DNA of 64,000 nucleotides from Gnetum montanum (GCA_015680685.1 MNCI01002612.1:183132-247131); one strand, 5' to 3'. Shown: positions 25,684 to 38,189, counted from the stretch's first letter. Notes: generated from the sequence alone by a model not told the origin. A program made the numbers and translations.

Positions 25684-28600
25684 ATGGATTCTACATACAC
25701 AACCACAGCTGCCATGACCACAACCGATTCAGGTGCCACATCTGTGAATCCCATCACCACCACCAGACTAGCTTCTGCTATTATAGGACCTCAGGGACCA
25801 TCGCGTCGTTCGTTAAGATTGCAAGGCAAAGATCCCGTATTCACCGTCATGACCCTTGAGGAATATAATTTCATCTGCATCAAGATCCAGACAAAGCTTG
25901 CTCTTAGCTGAGCTAAAATCAAAGCAAAACGAAATTTTGAGCTGGTCCACAAAGGGGGTCAAGATTTTACCCCCACCGCTTACGACATTATCCCCCTAAC
26001 TGAGCATTATCACAAAATCCTGACCCAACTGGTCATGGCTAACAGTCAGGATACGCGATCCGTGCTAGAACCTCAGAACGGGGAGGAAGAGGAAGATGAA
26101 CTCACAGCCTAGTCTAAGCATTCATATTATACTCTTAGTCCCCATACGTACATAAATCCCCTGTTTCCTCTCCAAGGAGAAGCCGCCCACCTTAATCCAG
26201 CCATGACCGCTCAAGCCCACATTCCTGTCATCCCGTAGGCCACAACGCAATCATCATTCTTGCAAGTACAAATGCTATCCCAGAATAACACGGGGGTAGC
26301 CTCATCGTCACGTGTAATTAACATTCCTTCAGTGGTACCTGCATCCACCGCACCCTATTACATCCCCCAAATGCAACCTCATGCCATGCCTACAACCCGC
26401 CCAGTACAAAATTTGGTGCAAACCTTTCCGGTGCAACCCTTTGCAAGGCAACAGATCACCACAACTGCTCAATCACAGCAATCCATTCAACAACTCACGA
26501 CTGGTCAGTGGATTCCGCCCATCTCACATAACCAATCTGCGTTATACAGTGTGCAACCCTTAGTCGCACCCACCACGCATGTCCCACAACACCCTTACAG
26601 TATTCCTACGCACCCGATGACAGCCAATCCCTCTACTCAGCCTGGTCGATGGTGGTTTCCACAGGCAGCTCCATCCGCGGGGATAGTCCTTGCTGCACCA
26701 CCTATCAGCCATGCCATCACTACGTTCCCATTATTTGGCACACCTCTTCCTGTCCAATCCCCAGCTCCTCCTATGTAGACTTCTTCATCACCAAGTCTGG
26801 ACCAAGCCTTCTTACTTATTCAAACCCTTACTGAGGGAGTCAAATGCCTTAAAGCTGTTGGTTCTGATACCATACAGATCATGGATTTCTATCAGGATGA
26901 TCCCATCAGTCCAGTAGTTCCTATGCTGTTGTTGCCCCCAGGGATGTCTCTACCGCATTTTACCAAATATAACGGGGAAGGTGATCCCAACACCCACTTG
27001 GTCATCTTTAGGTCTGAATCCTTGTTGTTATAATAGTGGCCACATACTATTATACGTGTCTTCGCAATGTCTCTGGTAGGTAAGGCTTTGGACTGGTATT
27101 GAGCCCTCCCTCGTTCTTCCATCTTAACCTTGGAAGAACTTCTGACACAATTTGTGACTCATTTTAAGTATAATTTAAAATCGGAGGTCACATTAGAGAA
27201 ACTCATGGGGGTGAAACAAGACCCACTTGAGCCAATCCAAAGGTTTATACAACAATGGAGTGCCACTCTGAATAAAATCTGTGAGCCTATCACAGAAGCC
27301 CACTTGCTGGCTATCTTCAAAGGAGTGGTTAACGACTTCATCAAGTCTAAGCTGTATTACCTTGCCTCTAGCACCTTGAGTCAAGCTTTTGCCCAAATTA
27401 GGAGCATCCAGGATGCTGCATAGGCTAGCAAAGACCTGGTGTATGTAGCCTATAAAAATGTTAACAATAAGGGTAAGGACAAGGGTAAAGCAACAACAAC
27501 AACGGTAGCTACGCTGGCTGAAGGTGCTAAAAACAAGAATAAGAAGGCACCCGTGGCATCCCCCGAGACTACAGCTAGCGCAACCAGCACCAGCTAGGAC
27601 ACACCTGCCTCCGAAAAGCCCCCTAGCCAAAGCCAAAATTTGAGTGTAAAGATCGCTCAAAGTATACAGCCCTGCCTGTAAAACATTTGGAACTGTTGAA
27701 ACAACTGTTAGGGGTAGGATACATTCAGAATAAGAAGGTATCCGAAGAAGCTCTCCAGTGTCATAGGCATTATTGTGAATTGCTGAAGAACCCTTCTTTA
27801 GCCCTACCTAACGAACCACCAGTGCCGAGGTCTTTTAGGCTAGACCATTTTTGTGACTACCACTAGTTGTGTGGTCACAACACTCATTACTGCTGGGCGT
27901 TGAAAGATGACATTCAACGCATGATTGACGATGGTTCCCTGAAACTAGACAGTAGTAGTCGAACCCATCCCAAAAACCAAGCGTTGCATGTGTACAAAGA
28001 TCTGTTAAATGCAAATAACGCACCGTACACAATCAATGTGGTAAGTATGGATAGTGAAGGAAAGGTACCGCCTAAACAGCCCTTCTTTTTACGCATACCT
28101 ACTACTTCACCCCAGGGGACAAGCTCTTCACTGGCAGCTAGCAGTGTCGCAAGGCCACCCTTTGTTATCCGGGCATCCTCTCCAGCTTTAACCCAGCCTT
28201 GGGATAACAGTAAAGTCACAGCCATCGGCTGCTCCTTTTATGTAGGGGCAAGCTTCTAGCCATCACCATCAATCACCACCAAATAACAAAAGAGAAGGAG
28301 ACGCATCAGTCAATGCCACCAAAAAACATACTACATTAGGCTTCCCTAAGCCCAGGCCCTTGGCCTCTGTCCCTGTGCCTATGCCTTCTGGGTAGGACAA
28401 GGGTACAGAAACACAGTCACCCCCCCTCAACAGGAAGAAACACAACCCTTTGAATAATGCTATTCCACCTCGGGAGATCCATCTCTTAGGGCGAATGGAA
28501 GAAGACAGAGGGGATAAAAAACTCAGCTGAGAACGGGACCTCCTCGACGCATTTACGCAGGTCAAGCAGGCTCTGAAATAGAAGAACACAACGTTGAGCC

Positions 28601-29415
28601 TCTATGATTTGCTTATGACATCCCAAAAACACCGTGAGGCTATGGTTCATATGCTGACATCCATACCAGTGGATGAAAGCTTACCAGCAAGAGAGGGAAC
28701 GATACTTGCTGTCATGCTTCCTCCTGCCACTGAGCAACCCAAACCAGCCCCTCTAACCTTTCATGATAAATCCATCAAAGATGACCCAGAGAAAGATCAA
28801 GTAACGACAGAACCCATGTTTATCATCATCTGGGTTGGACAATATCGGATTCGGAGGGTGCATGTTGATGATGGCACTGCTGCGAATGTCATCCCTTATC
28901 CTATAGTTGATAAGTTGGGCCTGGTTGACCAAATCAGTCCTACAATGACATCGTGCCTGAAGTCATTCAACGGGGCATGGGTGCAAGTCAAGGGGACGGT
29001 GCATATCAAATTTGTGGCAAGGGATCAATTCCCAACAGACGTCACATTTCTTGTTATCGAGGAGATGCCTGGTTTCAACCTAATCCTGGGGAGGTCCTGG
29101 CTAGCCCAATTGAAGGCAGTTTCATCACCAATACATCAAAAGATACATCTCCCTTACTTAGGGGGAGAAGTAGTACTACAGGGTGACGAAATAACTCCTA
29201 GGACTATCAACAACATAGAGGAGGAACGGGGTTCAGAGATCGAGATGCACGAGAACCAAACTCATGTCCGAACACCTGAACAAACTAAAACGAATGATGA
29301 TAGCCTAGCTTGGGCCGACCTACCATTTTAGAAAGATGGTATGGAGGAGTCAGATCACAAATCTCCCCATCCTTACGCATCACTGAACGTAAAGGCCATC
29401 AAGAAACAATTGTGA
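25684..29415 (+). pseudogene. gag: Element C gag-protease ORF with in-frame stops
   Basis: Pro/Gln-rich N-terminus; KYNGEGDPNTHL; FCDYH.LCGHNTHYC Zn knuckle; aspartic protease RRVHVDDGTAANVIP...NLILGRSWL...VSSPIHQK; ends SLNVKAIKKQL*, homologous to the A end. Confidence 0.9.
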
Positions 29416-29659
29416 ATTAGCGATTAATCTAAGTGGCATTTACGCGTATCATCATACTTCCAATAGTTTTCCGCTTACACTCATCAGGTTCAATTAACAG
29501 TTTTCCTTAATATACATACATATATTTATGCTTTCTGTCCATTACGCTATTTACATTCCTCATTTTACGCCATTTACGCTCCTTGACTGTCATTAGTCAC
29601 ATTAGCACAGTTACATAGATATCTACACTTTTATCAATTACACTTCTAGACTTATGCAA

Positions 29660-30020
29660 ATGGCTCGCAACGGCCTAAAACTAGTGACGGCCCTCAACGA
29701 CCTAAAACTAGTGATTTCTCGCAATGGCCTTAAACTAACAAAGGCCCGCAATGGCCAAAAACTAGTTAATCCACTTGTATCTTACGCAAAAGCTACATGA
29801 CAGCCTACAACGTCCTAAAACTAGTGACAACCCACAACGGCCTAAAACTAGTGACGGCTAGCAATGGCCTAAAACTAGTGACAGCCCGCAACGGCCTAAA
29901 ACTAGTGATGGCCTGCAATGGCCTTAAACTAACAAAATCCCGCAACGGCCAAAAACTAGTTAATCCACTTGTATCTTACACAAACGCTACATGATGGCCC
30001 ACGATGGCCTTAAACTAACA
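29660..30020. repeat. 27-bp tandem repeat with a ~194-bp higher-order duplication, between the gag-PR stop and the ORF-X stop
   Basis: Unit gacggcccgcaacggcctaaaactagt. The block actagttaatccacttgtatcttac occurs at 29761 and 29955. Confidence 0.9.
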
Positions 30021-30218
30021 ATTCCATTCCACAGTAATGCAACCTAATCAAAGTTTTTAACAAACCTGCTTACACTTTGCATAAATCAAGGCATAAAACT
30101 AATAAAGACATAAAAATAAATAAAATTTAAAAGCATATAGAAAATCTCATGATTAATCTCGGCAACATTCATATGGCCATTGTTTAATTTCACAAATAAA
30201 ATCATGCCTAAATCACAA

Positions 30219-33200
30219 TTACGCATCCCCCCTAGTACCGTTGTCACCCGTATCCCTTAGGTTTGCCTCTAGGCCTAAGAAATCATCCTCGAGTGGGTTG
30301 TCCCTTCTAGAAGGTATTCCTTTATGAGGAATATCATCTTCACGAGGTCCTTTCTCTAACGTTGGCTCCTCAAGAGGACGGTCTGCGTCATTACACTCTT
30401 CTTCCTGTACTTGCTTGCCACCCTGTCCGCCTTCTTCATCCACCCCTTGTACCTATATACAGTAAATACATAAGGAAAAGCTGTAATAGGATAAATCAGA
30501 AAATTTAAAGTCAATAACACCCAAAATTATTCGCGATGGTCCTGCTTCCACAGCAAAGGGAAGCTGATCTAAACCGACCCATAGGCGCTGCATAATTTCA
30601 TCTTCAGTTAATTCAGACCATACACCATTCCCCAGATCAGTTCCAGCCTTCACCTTCCCTTTCTCCACACTAGTCCATCGGGGTGGTTTAGGGAAGAAGG
30701 TAGGGATTGTAGTCTCACCCCCAGGAAGAGCAATCTCTCTTTCAGGGGACGCACTTACTGTCACCTACTCCTGGAACTTCTCGAAGGCTTTAGATGCACC
30801 GATGACATCGAGGAATACCCGCAAGGATTGAGCTTCGATGGCAGAATCCCTATAATGCTGACGATAAGCTAGACTTTCTCGCTTATATAGATGCTTGTGA
30901 TCTTTCTCCTTATGCCCCCACTCTTGCACACATGCGCAAAAATCCTTCCAGTCTTGGCTTTTCTAGGCTAGCAGCTCTATTTGCATCCTCTGCTCCACCA
31001 ATTCCCAACTGGTTTGCACGCTGTTCCTGATCACAGTCCAATAGCGAGCATAGTCAATAACAGCCATACGCTAGTCTTCTTCACCTGTTCCCTGTGCGTG
31101 TAGGAATTCACACCGTGATCTTAGGTCTCCGACCTCTTTGGTCAGGGACGCCCTTTCCTTCTCTGACCTCTAAAATCTCTTCCAGAGGTCTTCATTGATA
31201 CTCTGACTCTCCCATCGACCGTATTTCCTCATAAATGTTGTGTGGCATGACTGCCCCATCTGATAAAGGCTCCACGGTGTCGAAGTCAATGGGCTCTGTA
31301 GGGTCCCATTGAAGGTGAGCTCCTGATAATAAACATTGTCAAGTGTAAATAAAACATCACAACTGTATAATAAAATAAGTGCACAGTAGTAGTAACATAC
31401 TAGCCCCAAGATCGACGTCTCGAGGTGCTCGATCATATCACTGACAACGCCTTCCATGAAGGCAAACTTGTCAGGAAATTCTCCCCACGCTCTGCTTACA
31501 ACGGTAGACGTGGATGCATCTGGTTCACCTGTAGCGTAATTAAGTTAGATTTTTTACTTATTAACAGAATGCCTACAAAAGTCTTAATACACTGACCTCT
31601 ACCTGATGTGGTGGGGGGTGCATCAATATTTTCCACCTCCTCTCTCTCCTCATGCACAAGGATCTATGTGTCACTTATTCTAACAGCCGGGGCCTCCTCT
31701 TCCAAAACTAGGGCCCCTTCTCCACGCCGTAATACCACTGCCCTTGTTTCAGGGGTCAACTGCTCCATATGTCTCACTGTTCATGTCACATAACACATCT
31801 AAGCAATTCAGAATACCCTGAATAAAGTTGTGTAATACAATAATTGCAATAAATTTCATCATGTCTTTATGCTTACCAGGCGAAGGTTTACTCCACTAAA
31901 CTCTGACTTGCATAGTCCTGTCTATGCCACCCGTTGGTTCCAAAGGCGCCTCGATTAAGCAAGGCCGTTTTCGCTGAACCGAGGTGTCCACTAGCTCTAC
32001 CGCTAGGCGCTTTCCCCATGACACGTCACCGGTGTAAGTGGGAATCACCCCACCTACACTGTCAAGACCCCGAACTCGAGGCGCCGCCAAATCCCTTATT
32101 GTTATAGACTGAGACTCCCCAATTCCCTCTGGAGGATCCTGTCCTCGGGTAGTGCCAAAAATATGGAAAATCCATGGCTTGGATAGCTGGTCTCGGTCTT
32201 GCTGCACCCAAAGCCCATTCCTTTGGACAACCAAAAATTTGGCAAAACGTCGGAGGCAAGCTATGAAGAAGGCAAAGTGCACATTGAAGTGAGACTCAAG
32301 CTTCTGGTGGAGCCTGATCATTTCAGTGTGTAACCCCTTAGCAAAATAGCTTGCCCAGTCGAACTAGGTTCCTTCCTCCATAACCTCCCACATTATACGG
32401 GTATGTTCTATAGTAAAGAACCTCCCCTGTGAGAGTCTTTTGGGGAAAGCCTAGGCCCGGAAGAGGGGATACATAGTCTTGGCAATTTCTAGCTCGATCT
32501 TTTTACAAGGGATCCCCTTGGGTTCCTTCTTGGTCCCTAGCCACTCCTCCAGCTCTTCCTAACATTTGGTGCTCCTCTTCACTTTTTCCTCTATGGGAAG
32601 ACCATCAGAAGGGATGCCAAAGAGGTCAGCAAACAGCTGAGCGTCAATATCAAAATTTACACGCATGTGATGCACGCACATGGAAAAACGCTCAGCCCTC
32701 TAGTTGAAGGAGTTGACCAGGGTTAACATTTTTCTAGCAGGGACATCAGGAGTTACGGCCAGAAATAAATGCATTAGCCTCGCCTCCCGTAGCTTGGTGA
32801 CCAACGCAATTGGAGCTGCCGCGTGGCCGAGCCAGCGTTGTGCCTCCTTAATGTCACCATAGTGGAAAAGGAGGGTATTCGGCTTGCAGTCGAAAATTGT
32901 AGTGGTAATCTCCCAGGATTCCCTGACTGAACAACGCAAGACACATGCCCAAGTAGCAAAAACATTATTACGCTACATTTCAAAAAATAGACAAAAAAAA
33001 ACAACATAATATCTTGTAAATAACAGTAGCACCAAAACCTTACCAGGGCCAAATGGCAAAGGAAATGGAGGAAGTTTCCTCTGCACGTCTGCGATGGTAA
33101 GGGGCAGGTCCAAAGTCCATTCTTCATGTAACCATCCAAGGTCCTGACAATTCTTGAAAGAATCTGCATAACAGGTGGGATACTCATGAATGTCAAAGGA

Positions 33201-34267
33201 CATCTACCTCATTACATCGGCGCGTACGTTGCTGGTGGACGTAAACTCCTTTATCGTTGTTTCGGTCCAGGTCAGTGTATCATCATTTCCTACTAATCCT
33301 TTTTCATTAATAAAAACCCTGTATCATATGACACAATATTATCTTATGCTTTACAAAATTCAGACATTCAAAACATAGTGACAATACTGCCCACAAAACA
33401 ACTTACCCGCCTGAATAATACACTCTGCTTGGTGGGTTCTGAAAGTAAGTCGAGACATGACGGGCCATGAACAAAGTGTTGTACGCATGGTAACAACTAA
33501 ACCTGGTCATTTTCTAGATTCAACTTAAGTGCCTCAACCCTCTGGCACTAAGTTCGCAGTCTTGGGGATGACCAGTATCGAAGGCCCCGTCTGTCAAGAA
33601 AGCCAGGATTCCCTGCGTAGAACCCACTAACAGGTGCTCCAAAATAGCACCAGCCACATCCCCTGATAGATGTGACCATACAATAACACTGTAGTTATGC
33701 AGCAAAAACTATAGAAGCTCCAGCGCACCCTTTCGGAACCATATAGCCCTCCCCTGCAACCGAGTCTGAGGGGGAGGAACGTTGGGCACGATCAGGTTTA
33801 TACAACATAAAACCCTGACTATGTCCAGGATGATTAAGATGGGTTTCAACATAATACTGTACAAAAAAACATAAACACATTATCGTCTAGATTTTGATTC
33901 CATGCTTAAAATAGAAAATTTACAAATTACGTGCTAGCTATACAGCCGAAATTGCCTAAACCCTTGTAACAGTACAAGGTTTGTCCCTGACAACGGCGAT
34001 GGATGTAATACTATTGTATAAACCCTCATTTTAACACGAGGTCCATAGCCTAAAACTCTAATTTACACAGAATGATGGACAACGAATAAACATCGCAAAG
34101 AAGAAGCATATCACAGAAAGCAACACAAACAAGCCGAGGATGGCCTACCGATTCAGGGGAGCGACATCCCTCACTTCAACGAAAGCCTGCGAAGCACGCT
34201 ACAGGCTCCCTTGTACCTCATCTATCTTGGCCAATTTCGCATTCTTCCCTCTTACTTTCGGCACCAT
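30219..34267 (-). pseudogene. ORF-X of element C: 8-exon antisense accessory gene
   Basis: Predicted exons 34267-34149, 33856-33407, 33318-33044, 32926-31877, 31776-31597, 31528-31401, 31322-~30530 and 30452-30219. Exons 1-5 join in frame at GT..AG sites; exon 6 has a frameshift and the exon 7 donor is decayed. Starts MVPK. TATA-like TATAAGTA on the minus strand near 34400-34407. Confidence 0.82.
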
Positions 34268-34693
34268 TGTTGTAGTCTTCACATCTTCACACCTTTGCAA
34301 ATAACACGCTGCAATCTTTTGCTCTTTCTTCTTCTCTCTGCGACAGCTGAGAATTCAAGTTTGCGATAGCCAATAGCCTGTTTTCAAAAAGAACTGCCTA
34401 CTTATATGCTAAATTAATTGACTTGATGCCTGATTAAAATGAAACTTTCCTAAATGCTGGTATCAGTATAAGATGAAACCCGAAAATCAAGGCATTAATG
34501 CGACGGATATCGCATGCGCCACTATCCGAAATGACGTTAAACTACCACATCTTATCGCCTCGTAATCGGGTCACATTAAATACAGGTTGTTCACAATATT
34601 CAAAATGCAGTTAGCTTTTCACGCTCAACAACACCGCATCATGCTTTCTCCTAATCATTTACGCATTTTATGATTTTGCAGGACGGTCGGCAA

Positions 34694-37600
34694 ATGGATG
34701 CAACTTTTTCAGCACCCCTGGCTATAACAAGTCCATACGAGAGAGTAGTTAGACAATTCGATTTTACACTAGTAGAAACTAACCCCTCAATGACGTAACC
34801 ATAGCCACGTTGGAAACATCTCTAGAACGGCCAGAATAATCGATGCGCATGCTAGACCTGGAGGCTAGAGACATAACTGAAGACCCCCTCAGAGAGGTTG
34901 TTGTCGTTACGCATAAAGGTGAGTCCAAAACTCTTAAGGTTATTTCTCTACTAGACCAAAAAATGCATGACACTGTAAAACAGGTCCTCTAGGAGAACGT
35001 CACAGTATTTGCATGGTCAAACGAAGACATGCTGGGACTAGATCCAAGGTTAATTCAACATAACATAATCTTAGACCCACATATCAAAGCAATTAAGCAA
35101 AAAGCATGAAAAATCAAACCAGAGATCATGCTAGCAGTGCGTGATGAGATCACCAAACTGTATCAGGCTAGTTTCATCTGCATGGTCGATTACTCGGATT
35201 GGGTATCTAACATTGTAGTTTTCCCAAAGAAGACCGGAAGCATACGCATCTGTATAGACTTTCGAGATTTAAACAAAGCCACAATCAAGGACAACTTTCC
35301 ACTACCGAGTATCGACCAACTAGTTGATACAACAGCTGGGCATGCACTGCTATCCTTCATAGATGGCTTTTCAGGCTACAATCAAATTCACATCAACCCA
35401 GAACATCAATTGACCACAACACTCATGATGCCGTGGGACACCTTTTGCTATACCATGATGCCTTTTGGCTTGAAAAATGCTGGAGCGACGTATCAACGAG
35501 CTATGACATACATCTTTAGTGATTACCTCCTAGGAAGACTGAATGATTATGTTGATGATATAGTTGTTAAGTCTATGAGATCAGAAGATCATTCAGCAGA
35601 CCTAGAGTTAGTGTTTAAAAGATGCTCCAAATACAACCTCCGACTCAACCCAAAGAAGTGCGTATTCGGAGTCAAAATCAGATGCATGCTGGGGTTTGTG
35701 GTGTCAGAAACCGGCATACGAGTAGACCCTGATAAGGTTAAAGCCATTGTCGAGTTAACGCCTCCCACAGATCTCAAGCAATTACGCGGGTTACAAGGAC
35801 AATTACAGTTTATCAGGAGGTTCATCTCGAGATTAACAGATAAACTGCACCCTATGCAACATCTCCTTATGAAAGGTGTTAATTTTGAGTGGACAGACGA
35901 TTGCCAACATTCATTTGATAGCCTAAAATAGGAACTTCAACGTTTGCCAACAGTATTCCCGCCACAAAGGGATCATCCATTCTACATTTACCTTACGACC
36001 TCAAACGTAGCCTTATCTGGATTACTCTGTCAGAAGAGAAGTGATGGGTCAAAAGTACCCATCTACTACTTGAGTCATTCCCTATGTGCGTATGAAACAA
36101 GGTACAACGAAGTAGAGTGTAATTGCCTAGTGTTAGTGTTTACGCTAAAGAAATGTAGGCACTATCTCTTCTGTAGCCAGGTAAACATTATCTGTAAAAA
36201 TAACATCCTTAGGGCCATTATGCATAATCTATACGAAAGTAGCAAAATAGCTCATTAGAAAGCTATCATGACAGAATTCGATCTGCATTACATTGGTCAA
36301 TCTTCTATGAAAGGCCAAGCGATAGCTGACCAATTAATAACATCACCTATTGACAGTCAGGAAACCATAGAGCCTGAATTTCCAGATGAACATCTATATA
36401 GTTTAAGCCCTATTCTAACAGGCCCCGAATCAATGTTATATTTTGATAGAGCTTCAACCGTTAGAGGTGGTAGTGCCGCCATAGTCATTACGCTATCACC
36501 TGAGGATGTGCGTCTTCACACTTACCGCTTGACCTTTCCTTGTACGAACAATGTGGTAGAGTACGAGGGACTCCTCAGGGGATTGTTAACTGCCAGAGAA
36601 CTTGATGTTCGACACCTGGCAATTAGGGGTGACTCGATGCTTGTTATTAATCAAATCACAGGAGTCTATGCCTATAAGGCTGCACATTTATAGCCCTACT
36701 GCGATATGGCTAAAAATCTTCTGAAGCAGTTCACAACCATCAATGCCCAACACGTGCCCCGCAATGATAACACACTGGCTAATGCACTGGCTACGTTAGT
36801 CTTAAACGTGCCATCACACCTATTCAACACCTATCCCACATTAATAACAAATTGTACAGACCCTATCACTCAGGTGGCGCAAATATCTTCATTGCTCGAG
36901 GATAGAACGCCAGAGTGGTACGACCACATTAAAGCTTACCTCTTGCATGGCAAACCACCGCACGAGTTAACACGCGTGCAGAAAGACGCTATTCGCAAGC
37001 GAGCTAGGTAGTACATCATCATAGGAGACAGTACCCTCTGTAGATGCTCTTTTGATGGAGTACTACTTACTTGCGTTAACAAAGATCGGGCGCAATGTAT
37101 AGTCGGTGAAGTCCACGAGGGATTATGTGGAGGACACATAGCGCCACGAGCGATGGCTTCTAAAATCCGTCGCTTAGGGTATTACTGGCCATACATGGAA
37201 AAAGATTGTCTTACAAAGGTCAAAACATGCGACACGTATCAACGTTATGTGAATCTCATACACGTGTCACCTACAGAACTACATACAACCCAGATCACAT
37301 GGCCCTTCCAGCGATGGGGACTAGACATCATAGGGCCCATCACACTAAAGTCTTCCGCAAGGCATAGCTTCATTATCATAGCTACTGAGTACTTCACGAA
37401 GTGGGTGGAAGCCATCCCTTTACGAAAGATTACATCTCAACAGGTCTATCATTTCATCTTGGACAATATTGTAACCAGATTTGGCCTCCCAATGACTATC
37501 GTGACCGATAATGAGCCACAATTTAGTAGTCTAGAAACCAAATCTTTTTGTGAAAATCTTGGCATCAAACAATCTTTTTCCTCGCCTTACTACCCACAAG

Positions 37601-38157
37601 CAAATGGTCAAGCTGAAGGAACAAATAAAGTCATTATCAATTTACTCAGGAAAATGTTCGACAGCAACAAGAGACGATGGCATGAAAAGATCCTCTATGT
37701 GCTATGGGTGTATCGTACCACATGCAGAACAGCTACAAATAGTACACCCTATAGCCTATTCTATGGATCCGAGGTGGTGCTGCCGCTCGAATTACAAGTT
37801 TCTTCTTTGTAGATGGTCCTCTCCATGATTATAAATGAGGCTCAACACACCGAGTCTCGAATCATGGATTTGGATACAGTAGAGGAGAAGCGAATACAGA
37901 TGCTTGATACCATTGAAAAGTATCAAGATAAGCAGAGGCAAAAGCACCGTCACAATATTCAACAATGTCCTATCAAGAAGGGAGATTTGGTTCTCAAGGC
38001 CATGCGTAAACCAGTAGGCAAATTCTCTATAAACTGGGAGGGCCCTTTCTTGGTAGCTGATGTATATGGCAATGGCGCATTCAAGCTAGTAGATATCAAC
38101 AGTAACGAGTTACCGAATCCTGTAAATCATATATATCTGAAGCGATACTACATCTAA
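34694..38157 (+). pseudogene. pol: Element C pol: RT-RNaseH-aRH-integrase
   Basis: ICIDFRDLNKA, YVDDIVVKS, LNPKKCVFG. aRH: LYFDRAS...TNNVVEYEGL...IRGDSMLVINQI...HVPRNDNTLANALA. INT: HEGLCGGH, WGLDIIGP, PQANGQAEG, WEGPF. Confidence 0.95.
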
Positions 38158-38189
38158 GTGCATATCCAGTGTTAACATCAGGTATGGCA

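Noticed and set aside
29797-29994. 65-aa repetitive ORF (LKLVTARNG)n
   Set aside because: It is a by-product of a 27-bp repeat whose length is a multiple of 3, and A has no equivalent ORF.
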